From assembly GCF_004010195.1 (NCBI RefSeq), contig NC_057756.1, positions 4,021,232-4,085,231 on the forward strand: a stretch of DNA of 64,000 nucleotides. Reading direction: 5' to 3'. The notes beneath the pieces are model-generated. The model had not been told where the DNA came from. It saw nothing but the letters and a program-made list of their open reading frames with translations, and did not search any database. The position numbers were made by a program, and so were the translations under genes. Of the stretch, positions 39,900-53,484 are shown piece after piece. Source of the DNA: Chiloscyllium plagiosum. Lineage: Eukaryota. Position 1 is the first letter of the stretch; every line of letters begins with the position of its first letter.

Positions 39900-41750
39900 G
39901 AACAATGGAGACTGAAAATTACAGCACATGAACAGGCCATTTGGCCCTTCAAGCTGGCGCCAATAGCGATCGTCTATCTAAACCTCCTGCCTATTTTCCA
40001 ACAATCTGTATCCCTTTGCTCCATGCCCATTCATGTATCTGCCCAGATACATCTTAGTTGACATGATTGTGCCCCCTCTACCACCTCCGCTGACGAATTC
40101 CAGGCACCCATCATCATCTGTGCAAATAACTTTCCATGCACGTTTCCCTTAAACTCACTTTTAACTCGTGACCTCCAGAAGTTATGCACCCCCCCCCCCC
40201 CCCCACCCCAGACCCACTTTGGAAAAAATCATCTTGCTATCCACCTGTCTATATCTTTCATGATTCTGCAGACCTCAATTAGATCGCCCCTCCACCTTTG
40301 CTTTTCTAATGTTTATAATTCTAATCTACTCAAACTCTCTTCATAGCAAGTGGACTCCAAACCGCTCAATGTCCTCGCCATTCTCCTCTGCAACCTCTCC
40401 AAAGAATCCCCATCGTTCTGGTAATTTGGCGATTAAAACTGTATGCAGTATTCTAACTGTGGCTGAACCACCATCGTATTCAGTTGTAACAAGAGCTGCG
40501 AAGTCATGTGCTCTGAACATTGTCGGATGAAGGAAAGCATGCCGTGTGCCCTTATGACAACACCTTCCAAATGAGTTGTCATCTTTAATTTGAAATGGAC
40601 CTGAATACCGAGATCTCATTGCCTATCAATTTTCCATTTTCCATTTAGTTTAGAATTCTCTCCAGAAGTGGATCTTCCAAGGTGCATTAGCTCGCTTTTA
40701 CATGTATTGAACGCCATCAGACATTTCTCCACCCACCTCTTAAATATATATGTGTTCTGCTGCATCCTCTGACAGAACCTTTCACTTTTTGCTTTTCCAC
40801 CAATCTTCGTCTAATCTTTCAACTTGCTAACCAGACTATCTAAACCTTCCTTCAGATCATTTATGTATATCACAAAGAGCAGTCGCTGCAGCAATGAACT
40901 TGTGGAACACCGTTAGTCACCATTTTGTCTCTGACCAGCCGTTTCTCTATCCATCGAGTTAGTACAGTCTGGACCCCATGCGTCTTCACTTTATCCATCA
41001 AACTACCATGAAGAAGCATTTCATACGCCTTACTTGATGTCAAAGTATATGACATCTGGAGCACTATTCTCATTCATCAACTTTGTGACTTCTTCAAAGA
41101 AATTTATTAATTTGGTAAGACATAACCTTCCCTGCAGAAAATCATGCTGACTACCATTGACATTCCCATTTTATTCCAAACGTAAATACATCTTATCCCT
41201 CAGTATCTTCTCCAGTAGCTTCCCGACCTTTGACGTCAGGCTCACCATTCTATAATAACGTGGGTTATAGTTACTACACTTCTTAAAGAAGGGGGCTGCA
41301 TTAGCAAATTTCCAGTTGTCTAGGGCCTCTTCCGTGTTCAAGGAAGCTGCAAAGATATTTGTTAAGGCTCCCGTTATTTCCCATCTCGCTTCTCTTAGTA
41401 GGCTGCGATAAATCCTATTCGGACCTAGGAATCTGAAACCTTAATGCCTTTTTGAATGCCTGACACTTCCTCCATCGTTATTCCAACTTGACATGGAGAA
41501 AAAAAAAATCTATCACGAATCTCACCATTCGTCATGTTTCTCTAGTCCCTGAATACGGACTGAATGTACTTCTTAAGAATTGCATCTATTTTCTATGACT
41601 CCACGCATAACTTATTTACTTTGGCATTGAGTGGGCTACCTCTTTCTCGAGTTACGCTCTTCCTCTTTAGGTATGGATAAAAGGCTTTGGGATTTTCCGT
41701 AGCCCTGTTTGCTAAAAGTATTCCATGACCCCTGTTAACCCTTCTAATTT
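39900..41750 (-). mobile_element. CR1 LINE RT and 3' end, decayed
   Basis: Reverse frames TSSKAYEMLLHGSLMDKVKTHG, VTNGVPQ and LVTTEYDGGSATVRILHTVL. CR1-type 3' end (ACAGGCCATTTGGCCCTTCAAG) at ~39932. Confidence 0.85.
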
Positions 41751-42179
41751 ATTAAAATCATAATAACAAAAGGTAGTGAAGAGTAATAATTAATACTTTG
41801 CATTCACATCAGGCAGTTTAATTTAACAGTAGTTTGTGAATCCAACCAAGGAGCATACGATCAAGAGTCTTTAACAGGGGAGGGGGGAAGAGAGTAAATG
41901 TCCTCAGATTAAAGGAACCATTGAGCAACAGTGAAAGTAAAATTGTACAACTTAACAGTTTGAGAGTGAGAAATCTGGAATGAAAACTCAATTAACTGTA
42001 CCTTAAGATGGATTAAAAATAATTGGTTAGCCTGAACATTAATATCAAATGGACTATTCATTAAGAATGATTTATTTTAAGAAAACTAAACACAAGAAAA
42101 CTTAAAAATAAGAACAATTCCATCTCTCTATTCAGCTGAAAATAGTTAAACAGGAGAGTTAACAGCAATAGAAGTTGTG

Positions 42180-42975
42180 TCAGGCAATAGCAATAGCGCC
42201 ATCTTCAACACCATAATCTCCCTTGACGGACTAATTTCAAAACTCCAAGACCGAGGTTTTTGCTCTGCCCTCTGCTACTGGATCCTCAGCTTCTTCAGCC
42301 ACAGTGAATATAAACAGTTCCCCCGCCACGATAATCTTCAACACTTGAACCCCGCAAGAATCCTTTCTCAGCCATCTCCTCTGCTCCCTGCGCACCCACA
42401 AGAGTGTAGCAATCTTCCATAAGAATGTCATGTCCAAGGGACCTGACGAGAATACAGTTGTTGAACGGATGACAGACAATGATGCATCAGTATACAGAAA
42501 GGAGATAAATTGCTTAGTGTCGTGGTGTAATGATAACAACCTCTCTCTCCATTTTGGCAATCAAAAGAAGTGGTCATTGCCTTCAGAATGTAGGGCACAG
42601 GTAACACCCGAGCTAGATAGATGAACATGAGGTCGAGAGGGTGAAGATCGTCAAGTTCCAGGAGTGACTTGAACCAGCAATATGTTCTGGACTTCCAACG
42701 TAATTGCAACCGTCAAAAAGACAAAATAAAACCTCTACTTCCTCAGCATGCACACAAGGACTATCATCTACTTTTACCGACGCAGCATACTTACTTATTA
42801 TGCGGTTATATTCCATCCAGCTGCATAATGGCCTGGTACAGCAACTACTTTGCTCAGGATTGTAAACAACGTTGGGAAAACAACCTTCCATCCATGGCGT
42901 CCATTTGCATTTTTTAATGGCGGGAAAAGGCTGCCAAAAATCATCAAAATCTTTCAACGTCATCCAACTTTCAAC
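42180..42975 (+). mobile_element. Rex1/Babar-like LINE RT fragment
   Basis: NSAIFNTII...LISKLQDRGFCSALCYWILSF and YRKEINCLVSWCNDNNLSL, then SCIMAWYSN. These match the SSAFNTI / WCxxNNLxLN signature. Confidence 0.75.
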
Positions 42976-43507
42976 ACATCAGTAAGGAGATTCGTAGAGA
43001 GAGCAAAACAAAACACCAATCTGACAGGTTCTGAAGCAAAATAGCCTCAACTTCAAAAACACAGGAAGAGGCATTCCACTTTTGTTTTCTTTCTTTTTAA
43101 TCAATTCACGAGTTTGCTGGAACACCATTGCTCTGCCATTGATTAAACAATTAAACGTTTAAGCAGCTGCTCGTCCTACGATTTACAACATATCAGTGTG
43201 ATTTACCTAAAGTATACTTAGAGCAGCAATTAGCACACATTTTTTCCAGTACACTTCCGAACAGTGCACACCAGTGTCTTATTATCTTCCTATTAAATAA
43301 AATTGCATTGCTAACTTCAAACCTCAACATTAAATCACAGCACTAAAAAAAAAACAACAAACGCACAACAGAAAACAAAAGCTACGTTTCGTCCCTGTAC
43401 CTTGACTCTGAGGGAGACGTGCAATCTTCCATTTAAAACCTTCGATGAAGTGATTACTTTGCATTTGTTCTGAAAACTTAAAAAGTTCCATTTATCGTTC
43501 ATTTCAG

Positions 43508-43543
43508 AACTACAAGATTTTGAAAAGCTCATAGAACAACTTG
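43508..43543 (+). CDS. Candidate 36-nt micro-exon, phase 1-1, (E)LQDFEKLIEQL
   Basis: ccatttatcgttcatttcAG|AACTACAAGATTTTGAAAAGCTCATAGAACAACTTG|GTAAGG; amphipathic spacing of L, F, L/I, L. Confidence 0.7.
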
Positions 43544-45451
43544 GTAAGGGCATTTTCATTTTCTGATCAACTATATGACATCATAATGGCCTTTCTGTTT
43601 TTCTATCGAAGTTAAAACTATATTATACCTACTGTCCCCTTCGAGGGGGATATGTAGATTATTAAAAAATGACCTTGATTAAATGGTGATACTATTTTCA
43701 AGTCAGGATAGGACAGTAATTGAAGACGATATAACTGTTTTCTTTTCCTCTACCTTTTGTGCCGAAATTTATCAGCTGCCTTCGTCCCGTGGTTCAAGCA
43801 GGGATCCAATTTATACATTACTCTCTCAGACGTTTGAATGAAGAGTTGCAATGTAATTTTAAAGTAATACCGCTGCTGCTGTCAATATGTTTGTTATGGA
43901 GGGATTTCTTAACGTTAAATTAGCTCGGGCCACAATCTAGTACGCCACAATCTTCGACCGACTTTGGCTCCAGTACACGGTTGCTCCTACCTCCTTTCTG
44001 AAAATCTCACCATACTCATTGGAATTGCAAATGCCTAGTCAAAGCGAGAAGGTCAACTGCCAATGGCGTGCAGATGGAACGCCCTTGATGAGTAGTCAGC
44101 AGTTGAATTTCGAGGCAGAAATCTGTCAGAATATGATTTGGTTGTGCACCTGCTGTATTTAATTCGCTAACTTTGCTTCCTTTTTGTTCATTGTTAAAGT
44201 CAATGTGTAGATGTTTGGGCAATAAACTCAACAAACACAGTTAGCTGGCAGGACAGGATAATTATAATCCCCCACAATGTCCAATATCATTGGCACGTGT
44301 TTGTTTAAATGTTGCTACCTGCATATTTGTCCAAACCTGAATGTTTTCAATTTGCTGCACATTGATATGGAATCTTTCAATAGATGAATTGGTGCAAATT
44401 ATGCTGACACTACGCAATTATTGGAATTGTGTATTGAATTGCTGCAGTGCAGAAGGAGATATTTCAGATTTTTCGAGTCTCACTGACGCTGCGAATACTT
44501 CCCATTATGTTTGCTCGGGATTCACGATACTGCTTTAATATATATAAAAAAATAGATTTGATCTTCAGAATAGTCGTTTTCTTTTCTCAATAAATTTCAG
44601 TGAATATATCTGTGTTTGGACAAAGTCTGCACGAACCCAGAAAAACAATGGATCTGATTGAAACAGATGTTGGTGTTAAATGCTTTATATTAGCGTGAGC
44701 ACTACACATTGTACCGAGTGACAACTTTCATTAAATTATTGACAATTGAGAGTAGATTGCTGCTGCTGAAACCAGCATCTTTTGACGTTCCCCGTATTTC
44801 ATAGAAAGTGCAATTTCAGTCATCACAAAACCCTGCAAATTAGGACATGATTGAGAAACAAAGTATGTTGCTCTAGGTTCATTGAAGCTGCGTTTTTCGG
44901 GTAGATATATAGTGTGTGGAAAGATGTGGAAAGTTTAAGCAGGGTGGAAAACATTTGTCAGATTTAACACTGATTCGTTCGAATTTGACTGTTTTTAATG
45001 TCTTGATTAGTCTTGTCAGCATACCAAGAAAGTCGTTAGTTCCTATTTTCATTGCCTCTAGCTGTAGGTGAATTATATAACAAATGCATAGCTGAATTCT
45101 CATATCGTATTTTGAGAGTTTTTTAAAATTGTTTTCTGAAGAGGTTCAGTCGTAAACTACCTTTCACAGAAATAATTGGGTGTCAGATCTTGAGTTAAGT
45201 CGAGTTTCGGTAAATATGAATGGACATGCGACAGGTTTATGAGTGGCAGATTGGAAATTGAATAGAAGAATAACTTCGGGTTATACATGAGTTAACGTTT
45301 TGTGCTACGCTTCTTTTCTATTGCAAAATCATGTTTCTAAGCAAATATTCATTTGTTGGATTTTGTCTTTGGGTTTTCCTTTTTCAGTATTCAACTAAAT
45401 AATTGATTTGTGAAGGGAAGACTACTTTATTTATGCACATTATTTCTATAG

Positions 45452-45478
45452 GAAATAAGTTGTGTCCAACAGATCAAG
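45452..45478 (+). CDS. Candidate 27-nt micro-exon, phase 1-1, (G)NKLCPTDQ
   Basis: attatttctatAG|GAAATAAGTTGTGTCCAACAGATCAAG|GTAAGT (perfect donor). Confidence 0.7.
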
Positions 45479-46467
45479 GTAAGTAAAAAACAATGTTAAT
45501 TTTTTTCCACTCAAATTATCATGAAATAATTGTCATCAGAGATATGCACAACATAATAATAGTTGGGCCATCTCGAAATATCTATCTTTAATTTTGTTAA
45601 GGGTAAAATTAAAATTCAAAACTGCAAACAAAAAAGAAAATGAGAAAGTGATTCCTTCGTATAAAATATATTGGAAACAAAGAGAAATGAGTAAATATCA
45701 AACAAAACAATTGAGAAAAAAAAACAAGCAAAGGATAATATGGTTCCAATAGAATGGTGCAAGAGTAAATTTTAGGGGGAAAAAACAAAGGGAATGGCAG
45801 ATGCAGGTTGCCTTTAGACCCTAAATATGTTGACTGTGAGCATGCTTTCCATTTAATTTCAAACCAACGCCAAGATTAGAATGTTAAGCCTTTATTGATG
45901 TAACTTAATTGGCACAGCATTTGCTGTATCTGCATCGTGCACATTCAGATTAATCCTTCACACTTATTCCCAGACAAATTTCAATGTATTTTAATGACGG
46001 TTTCAGTTCATTTTGATGTTTCTGTAGAAGGCCATAATACTATATATAAATTTTTGAGAACGCCTTCACTGGCTTCTCTCATTTATGTACCATCAGGTTC
46101 AGAAACATGTGGATTTGTTTCTTCATGCTGAGTTCGAAAAAGTACGACATTCTCCTCTTATTTTCCATCACTATCAGAATACTGATTGAGCATATTCACG
46201 TAACATATTCTGTGATGTTTTCTTCCATCTGGTCCTTTGTTTTCTGAAATTCACCTCTCTTAATTGCGTTTCATTTTACTAAGGACGACTAACCTTGCCT
46301 TGAAGTGTTCATGTCCTGATGGTATTAGTAACAGTTTACCTTCACTGGGGTAATGACAACATTTTCATTTCTTCTATTTTCTACGTTATCACATACTTTG
46401 CTCAATGAAAAATGTATTTAATCAATTGAGTATAAGGAAATGCCATGGCGTTTTTGCGACGAGTTCA

Positions 46468-46558
46468 ATCTTATGAAGGGCTCCTGCCCAAAACGTCGAT
46501 TCTCCTGCTCCTCAGATGCTGCATGACCTGCTGTGCTTTTCCAGCACCATATACTCTC
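46468..46558 (+). mobile_element. Short Penelope-tail element with mutated hammerhead
   Basis: CTTATGAAGGGCTCCTGCCCAAAACGTCGATTCTCCTGCTCCTCAGATGCTGCATGACCTGCTGTGCTTTTCCAGCACC; both core segments are mutated. Confidence 0.8.
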
Positions 46559-46749
46559 AGCATTTGAAAACAGCACAGCATGTGATGAAAGAAGAAGTAG
46601 ACAAGAAATCAAAATTTATTATTTTCTCTAGAGGATGTAAAGGTGTTACAACGAGTGGTGTATGAATCTTTAAAAGCAATCTTATGATATTGAAAGAAAT
46701 TTGAGTGTGGTAAATTAGTTGGTAAGAACGCCACAGAGCAGTAAGCATC

Positions 46750-48110
46750 AGAGTGTGTCATATGAATATGTGAATTACAATATTTTGACAGCGAAGGAAC
46801 GCTAGGGAGTCTATGTTAAGAATAAAACTCGCAGTGAAGATACAAACATTGATAAACTTCAATTTGATACTTCTCCAAATATATTGGGTATTGAGGAGGT
46901 TCTCAAGTTATGTGATAAATTAAAGAGTTACCTTTCAACGAAAAATCGAATAAATGGCAAAGAGTTGTTAAAAATACATGGAAAGACATATGGGAAAAAA
47001 GAACTGGGAAGCGATAACATGATTACATATGATGTCGATATAGGAAATGCTGTTGCAACTAAGCAACATCCTGACAGATTCAAACCTCTTAAATTGGCCT
47101 GTGCACAAAAAGAAACAGATATCATGCGTGAAAATTACATAATCTAAGTGTGTTTTAGTAAGTGGAGCTCACCTGTAGTGATGGTGACAAAACCACCTGG
47201 CACTGAGCAGACAAGCATTGATTATCTGAAGCTCACGACTTTCACTAATTCGATTATTACCCTATATAAAGGCTAGGTGCATGTACTGAGAATTAGAGGC
47301 AAGGAACAAATATTTTTGCACCGGTGGACTCCTTTATCTGAGAAAGGCAAACGCGTCATTGGTATTTCTGAAACCAAATGGATTTTACTGATTCAAACTT
47401 ATGCTATTTAATTCATTTCCGGATTTCGCACTAGAAAGATTAGCAGGTGCTATTTAGTTACGCATAGAAGGATCATTTGGAGCTTTTATGGGACTTGTTT
47501 GATTCACCTTAAAAGTTAGGTTTGATGATAAACCTGGCGAAGAGTCAATTTGGAAATGCTCAAGTCACATTCCCAGGCCATATCATTGGAAATGGACAGG
47601 TGGCACCACAGGATGTGAAAACAGATATTCTTGGGGAGGTTCTCACGCTTTCGATGAAGAGGGAAACACTAAGATTTCTTGGATAACTTTTTAATAATAA
47701 AAAAATCAGTATCATATTTTTAGCGGTGTGGTTGCTCCACGGACTGATCGACTGACTGATACAAGAGAAGTGTGTGTCAGTGCCCAACTCAGAGAACGAA
47801 ATGGCAAGCAGATGGATAGATCAATTGGGTATTTTTCAAGAAAATTAAATATTCATCAAAGGGCAGTTTCTGGAAGCGTGAAGAATTCCTTAGGTTTGTT
47901 TTTAAATTGCAATATTTCAACATTTGTGTTGCCAGTAATATTTCTGAGAAATTGTATATAGTCATTATAACCCACTCTAGATGTTGGAGTGAAAAAGAAA
48001 TAAACATGTCAGGCAGTTTTGATGGAGTTCATTGTTGCAGGCAACCTAATTCTCAAAATATTTGTGGCAGGAGGAAAGAACGTAATTGCTGATGCATTGT
48101 GTCACCTTGG
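46750..48110 (+). mobile_element. Ty3/Gypsy LTR-retrotransposon pol relic (RT, RNase H)
   Basis: YDVDIGNAVATKQHPDRFKPLKL..QKETDIMRENYII*...WSSPVVMVTKP (RT start), QVTFPGHII and RSIGYFSRKLNIHQ (RNase H); heavily deleted. Confidence 0.85.
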
Positions 48111-48247
48111 AGGAAGTAAGATGAGAATGTATGTTGGTGGAAAAAAATCTTGAAATGAACTTCTGAATTGAATGTTCACATGGACACATTTAATCTAATG
48201 TTTGTGACCTGTGGTATACTAATAGCACAAGACTAAATATTTATAAA

Positions 48248-48870
48248 TGTTGTGGATCTGGCCCGACCCCTTCAAGAGATTCCAAGATTGTAGCACAGAC
48301 ACTAACATTGCTAGTTGTTTTAAGCATGTTTTAATATGGACATTAGAGAAGGGAGGAAGCTGGACAAAGTACTTAATTATAAACAAAACAGTACTTATTT
48401 ACAATATTACAGAATCAAACAGACAAAGAAACGAAAAGAATACTGATTATCTTAACCTATCTGAAAACCCAACAGATTATACCAAATGAAAGGTGTTGTT
48501 CTAAATATTTGCAACAATCCTCAAAAACAGCATTTGACGCAAAACGTAAAATCAAACACAGGTTCTTACAGGAGAAATGTCAGAGAGGGAGGACCAGCAT
48601 AGGCATGCCTCTTTGCGTCCAGCAGCGTCAGACACGACCTGACTACATTTAATGAATACTCAGACTGCCATAACCAAATTAAACGAGAGAAAAGTTGAGC
48701 TGGGAGAAGTGTCTACTCCCTTTTCATTGTCCAGGCGGTTTTAATTTGAAAGCCTGTTGACAGAGACAGTATCGCTAAGCTGCAATCAGCATGGCCCTAA
48801 AACCCAGAAATGCCTAGATTTTTTTACATTTGTTTTTGTGAATGGCAGGTTAAGAAAAAGACACAAGGAC
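48248..48870. repeat. LTR-like repeat (possible solo LTR)
   Basis: Starts TGTTGTGGATCTGGCCCGACCCCTTCAAGA, similar to TGTTATGGTCCAGACTGGACACCCTCAAAA at 50623. An opposite-orientation relative ends near 49640. End coordinate uncertain. Confidence 0.4.
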
Positions 48871-50622
48871 AACATAACTTTGCTAAAACAGCATCATCAT
48901 CATCACATAAATATGAAACTAAGTTTGTGTGCTGATCCTTCATTTTATTAAAGGTGGTAAGAGTGATGGCAAAATCGCGTTGTATTCCATGCTTCTTTTT
49001 TAAAGCAATATTTTGATACGAAGGTGCCAATTTGTCTCTACCAAGCCAATAAGGTAAACAGAATGGAAGTCCTTCATTTTCCTTTTAAGTTAGATCAGAA
49101 ACAAATAGTAAGAATGGTTGGGCTCAGCTCCTCTGTGAAACATAATTTTACTTTCTCTATCAGATGTTGGGATTTTGATGTTCGCTGTGCAAGCTGTTTT
49201 ATATCTTCGTCAGCCAGAGCAAGAAACGACAGATACTGCTCTCTCTCTTTCTTATCTCTCTGCCTTTTTTTTTCTTGGTGTTCTGTTGTCCTGGTTTGCG
49301 AACACACCACATGTGGGACTATCTGGTTTTACTGAATTTGTCTTTACAGAGATTATGATTAGGAGGTGCTGAAATATCGGAACATCTGCTGGATTACCGA
49401 TAAACAATTTTTACTCTGTGAAGTTTTTCAATGGAGTTGAGTTATACAAATTATTTTTTCTTTATTTCCCCGTGTGTTATTTCTTAACTCTGTGAAAGAA
49501 CAGAATGTCCTTTGCTTTAACCGAAGTGGTTGGTATATCAAACTACACCAGAGACATAACACCTTACCATTTATTAAGGTGAAAGTATGGGTTTAGGCTA
49601 TCTCCTTGGTATAACTGAAAGCTGTTTGTCATTGTCTATAATAAATCGCTCTAAGAGCATCACATTGTTGATCTATTTACAATGCCAATATAACACTGTC
49701 AAAGACGCTTCGTTTGATCTTTTTAAACTTTATGTACGTTTAACAAGGTTCTCTACTTAGATTCGTAGAAGAGTGTGCACTTGACATCTCTTCTTAGGCC
49801 TCGCCATACTCCACAGATGCCTACTCCGAATGAAATTCAAACACCTCGACCTACGAACTTTGCTTGAAACAACAATATCTGCATGGGTGGTAGCCATTTC
49901 ATTTAATTGGCCACGATCACAATTTAAATTCAGAATTCTTCCACATCCTTCTCATCGAAAACAGGGAATGCTTGGAAAATATTTAAACAGATTGTCAACA
50001 GTCCCTTTGCTGTGGTTGGTTTCTTGTCCATCACCGCCCTCATCAAGACACCCATATTTCACCTCTCCCACCACGATTTACATCTTTCACTTTTCAGTAT
50101 AACTTCCGAAATGCATATGTTCGTTCTTTCTCCAATTCTTCCCTATTTTAGTCCCCTTTCTTTCTGTTACAGTAGGCTTTGGTTTTAAATTCTTTGTGTC
50201 AGGTTTAGTCTTTCATTTTCTTCTGTCTTCGAACATAACTCGAACTGGTTAATTTCCTTGTTGTATTTGAACTGGTGAAATTGAATTTCAGCCACTTACA
50301 GTGACCGCAATCTCGTGTCTGGCAGTTGTTATTGCTTAGCTATTACTGCAATAATCTTTGCTTTCCTCATAGACAGGGGCAAACCCAGCTCCAATTTGTC
50401 TGTCAAATCCAAAAGCCTTGTTGTATTAATTGTCTGTAATCTATTCCAATTGACTTCTTCCACCCTCAGGACACACGTAATCACTGAGAGGGCCATTATT
50501 ATGTTAGGCGCACACTATTTAAAGCAACTGAATGTAACATAATGAAGAATACATTTTTGAGTGAAATAATACCGAGATACAACCTAGTATTAGAAACTTT
50601 GATCCGAACAAGCACTCCTAAA

Positions 50623-51128
50623 TGTTATGGTCCAGACTGGACACCCTCAAAACAAATCAACGAGATAACCAGGATCCTACATCTTATTTACGTTATAAGC
50701 AAATATAAGGGAGAAGTTTCAGATACGAATTGCATGGTTGAACTTACCGACCTTATGCAAAACAATATTACACATCAAATTTTGCAATATTACTACATAT
50801 TATGGCAAATGCAAATTCCACAAAAAGTTTTCCCTCAATTGTTATCTCCAGTCCAAGAGAAAGGAAAAGATGAAAATATGATTCTTGAATCTAGGACAAA
50901 ACTTTTTGCAGCAGTAGAGAGAGACAGAGAGAGACCTCAACCAATCTGAAACGATTCCAAAAGAAAACAAATAATTTCAATGACTGAAAACAAATCTAAA
51001 GCCTTTGGTCTGTGTGAGCCTCTTCCCACCGACTAATCCTTTTTTTAACATTTTACTTAAAAATGACAAGGGTTTTTTCTTTGCGGATACACTTTACCAA
51101 ATTTCCAATACACTTCTGCAAGAGTAAC
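50623..51128. repeat. LTR-like repeat (possible solo LTR)
   Basis: TG start related to 48248; a possible CA end at 51128; boundaries uncertain. Confidence 0.35.
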
Positions 51129-51140
51129 AGGACAGAACAA

Positions 51141-51230
51141 TCACCTGATGAAGGAGCGTCGCTCCGAAAGCTAGTGTGCTTCCAATTAAACCTGTTGGAC
51201 TATAACCTGGTGTTGTGTGATTTTTAACTT
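51141..51230 (+). mobile_element. 90-bp hammerhead-containing retroposed element with 12-bp target site duplication
   Basis: AGGACAGAACAA at both 51129-51140 and 51231-51242; the element is homologous to 4359-4431 and 36470-36532. Confidence 0.9.
51142..51176 (+). ncRNA. Minimal type-I hammerhead ribozyme, intact core
   Basis: CAC-CUGAUGA-A-GGAGC(GUC)GCUCC-GAAAG-CUA-GUG: stem I CAC/GUG, palindromic AGCU stem III, CUA triplet. Confidence 0.75.
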
Positions 51231-51689
51231 AGGACAGAACAAGTCCGTCTTTAGGCCACATTACATTACAACGTGTTTTTTTGGTTACCATATTTGGGTT
51301 GTATCTAAGTCTAACTGATTATCTTTTCAACGGACATCTGTTTGATCCATTAACTTCATTTTGCAAATTTCAAAACCTCTATTCAAACAGACATAATTTT
51401 GAAATGCCATGAACTGCTGTTCACAAAACACAGACGATTTCATGCCATTGCCAACACATTGTAAAAGAACCAACGAAACGATTTTTCGAAGGATGAACAT
51501 TTATGCCAATCGCCCTGTTCATTTTAATTACTTTTTCATCGGTATGTACGATATTTGAAAAGAAAAACGTTGCAGAGAGATTAATGATGTTCCTCTGAAA
51601 ATTCATATCAACTACAACTCTGCGGAAATAAGAATGTCAAAACTGCAGATTCAACTTAACATGACCAGTAAATGTATCAGTATGGTTTA

Positions 51690-52525
51690 CCACCACTATT
51701 AATTAATAATCCATATGATGGAACTGAGAGCATTGTTGCTAAATTTACAAATTCTGCAGAGTCGGCACAGGGGAAGGATGTGCTAAGGAAGCAGGAAGAC
51801 AACTATCAGATTCGAGCAGAGTATGAAAGTGAGCAGGGAAATTGCAACATATTACAATATGTTTATCTGTAAGTTTATGCACTTTGGCTGGAATACGAGA
51901 GGCGTACACCATTTTCTAAAAGGGGAAAGACTTCGTTCATGTTGAACACAAAGGGATACGAGGACAACATTCTCCTATTTATTGAATGCAAGTTCAGCTG
52001 CATGATCGGAAGGGAAATGCAAACTTGGCAATCATTTCCAGTAGGCAAGAATACAAAGACAGATTTACACTGCTGCACATGTACTTGGTATATTTTGGGG
52101 CGTATGGGTAAATTAAATGAGGAAGGATATGCTGATATTGGAGAGCGCTAAAAAGAGGTTTAGAAAAAAATCCCGAAATTCAAGTACTTTTCATATGAGG
52201 AGTGGTTTATTAATCCGTGTGTATTCTCGATGGAGTTTCGACAGATAAGCAGAGATCTGATTAAAACATTCAAAACACTAAGAGGTTTGTATTGCATGGA
52301 CATAAAACAGTTATTTCCACTGGTAACAGTGATTTCAAACCGAGGGTAAAGTCTTCAAACGAAGGTACGAACTTTGTGAACTGAGACGAGAAGTTATTTC
52401 AAAAGATAAAACGAGAGCGAAACTGAGAAACTCTTCCCGACATAATAATGTCGACACCACCTCATTAAATGTAAGTATGTTGATATCATGGTAGGCCCGC
52501 CTCGATGAACTGAATGGACATTCTT
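51690..52525 (+). mobile_element. Very decayed CR1 3' fragment
   Basis: INNPYDGTESIVAKFTNS (from INDLDxGxxxxxxKFADD), TTGGAGAGCGCTAAAAGAGGTTTA and GATCTGATTAAAACATTCAAA. Confidence 0.6.
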
Positions 52526-53457
52526 TTTTTTCTACACCTTAAAGATCGTATTTTTTTGTCTGTAATTAGCACCAGAAATTGCGCTTGCAATTATCACAAT
52601 CCCTCGAAAACCATTCAATTATATCTATAATTCTGTTTTATTGTCAGCACTTTCTCAACCAAAGCTCTGTCTCATGGAACATTTGCTCCTAATTTTAGAT
52701 CAGCAGTAGTGTCTCCCTTTAATACAAGATTGCAATCAAATGATTGAATTACATTGGTCAACTATTATGGATCATATGGAATCAGTTCAACACTTGTATG
52801 ATTTAGTTGTCAAAAGCAGGGCCAATTACTCTTCTTTTGCACATCACTGAACAAATTTTCTCTCAACTTCTGCCGAATTGCTACCAGGCGACATCCTAAG
52901 TCATAAGTAGGGAAAATAATTGACCCGTTTTCCAATTGGCTGAAAACAAAATCATAAATTCGGAAAATATTATACCACTGGAAAATGCATTCAGAATGCA
53001 ATGACTTAGTGGATTTTAAGTAAACGTCGTAGTAATTAACAGTTCCTAACAAAGTGATTACATTTTCTGCACAACAAACCTATCAGAAATTCAGGTTGCT
53101 TGATGAAAATCTAACATTATTTTTCTGGTCACTCCTTGTCACCTTTAAAATTGCATTTTGTTTTACTTTCTAAGGATCGAAGACTTATTTTATTTTAAAT
53201 TCTTTTACAGAATGTGAGATTTCGAAGAAACAAGTTTAATATTCAATCTGCTAATTTTAAGTTGGCGCAAAACTTTGTTTTGTCAGCTGTTTCTACTCCT
53301 TCCTATCCCTTGTTTCCAAAACATCTGCTTTAGGAATAATTACCAGTACATGTAAACTTCAATCTTACTGTTCAAACTGGCTATATATCCGATATTGATT
53401 AAGATATTTGTTACCTCTACTCAGTCAGTAATTCTAAACTTCTACACTTCCAAATAG

Positions 53458-53484
53458 GAATGGCAGATGCACTCAAGAAGCTCG
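53458..53484 (+). CDS. Candidate 27-nt micro-exon, phase 1-1, (G)MADALKKL
   Basis: ttctaaacttctacacttccaaatAG|GAATGGCAGATGCACTCAAGAAGCTCG|GTCAGT. Confidence 0.6.

Noticed and set aside
43380..43425. Minus-strand GGGACGAAACGTAGC resembling a hammerhead 3' half
   Set aside because: No CUGANGA core at the matching position.
53211..53239. Strong acceptor followed by (E)CEISKKQV-stop, a possible alternative terminal exon
   Set aside because: No donor, better candidates lie downstream, and the sequence may be a decayed SINE/LINE tail. Not supportable without RNA data.
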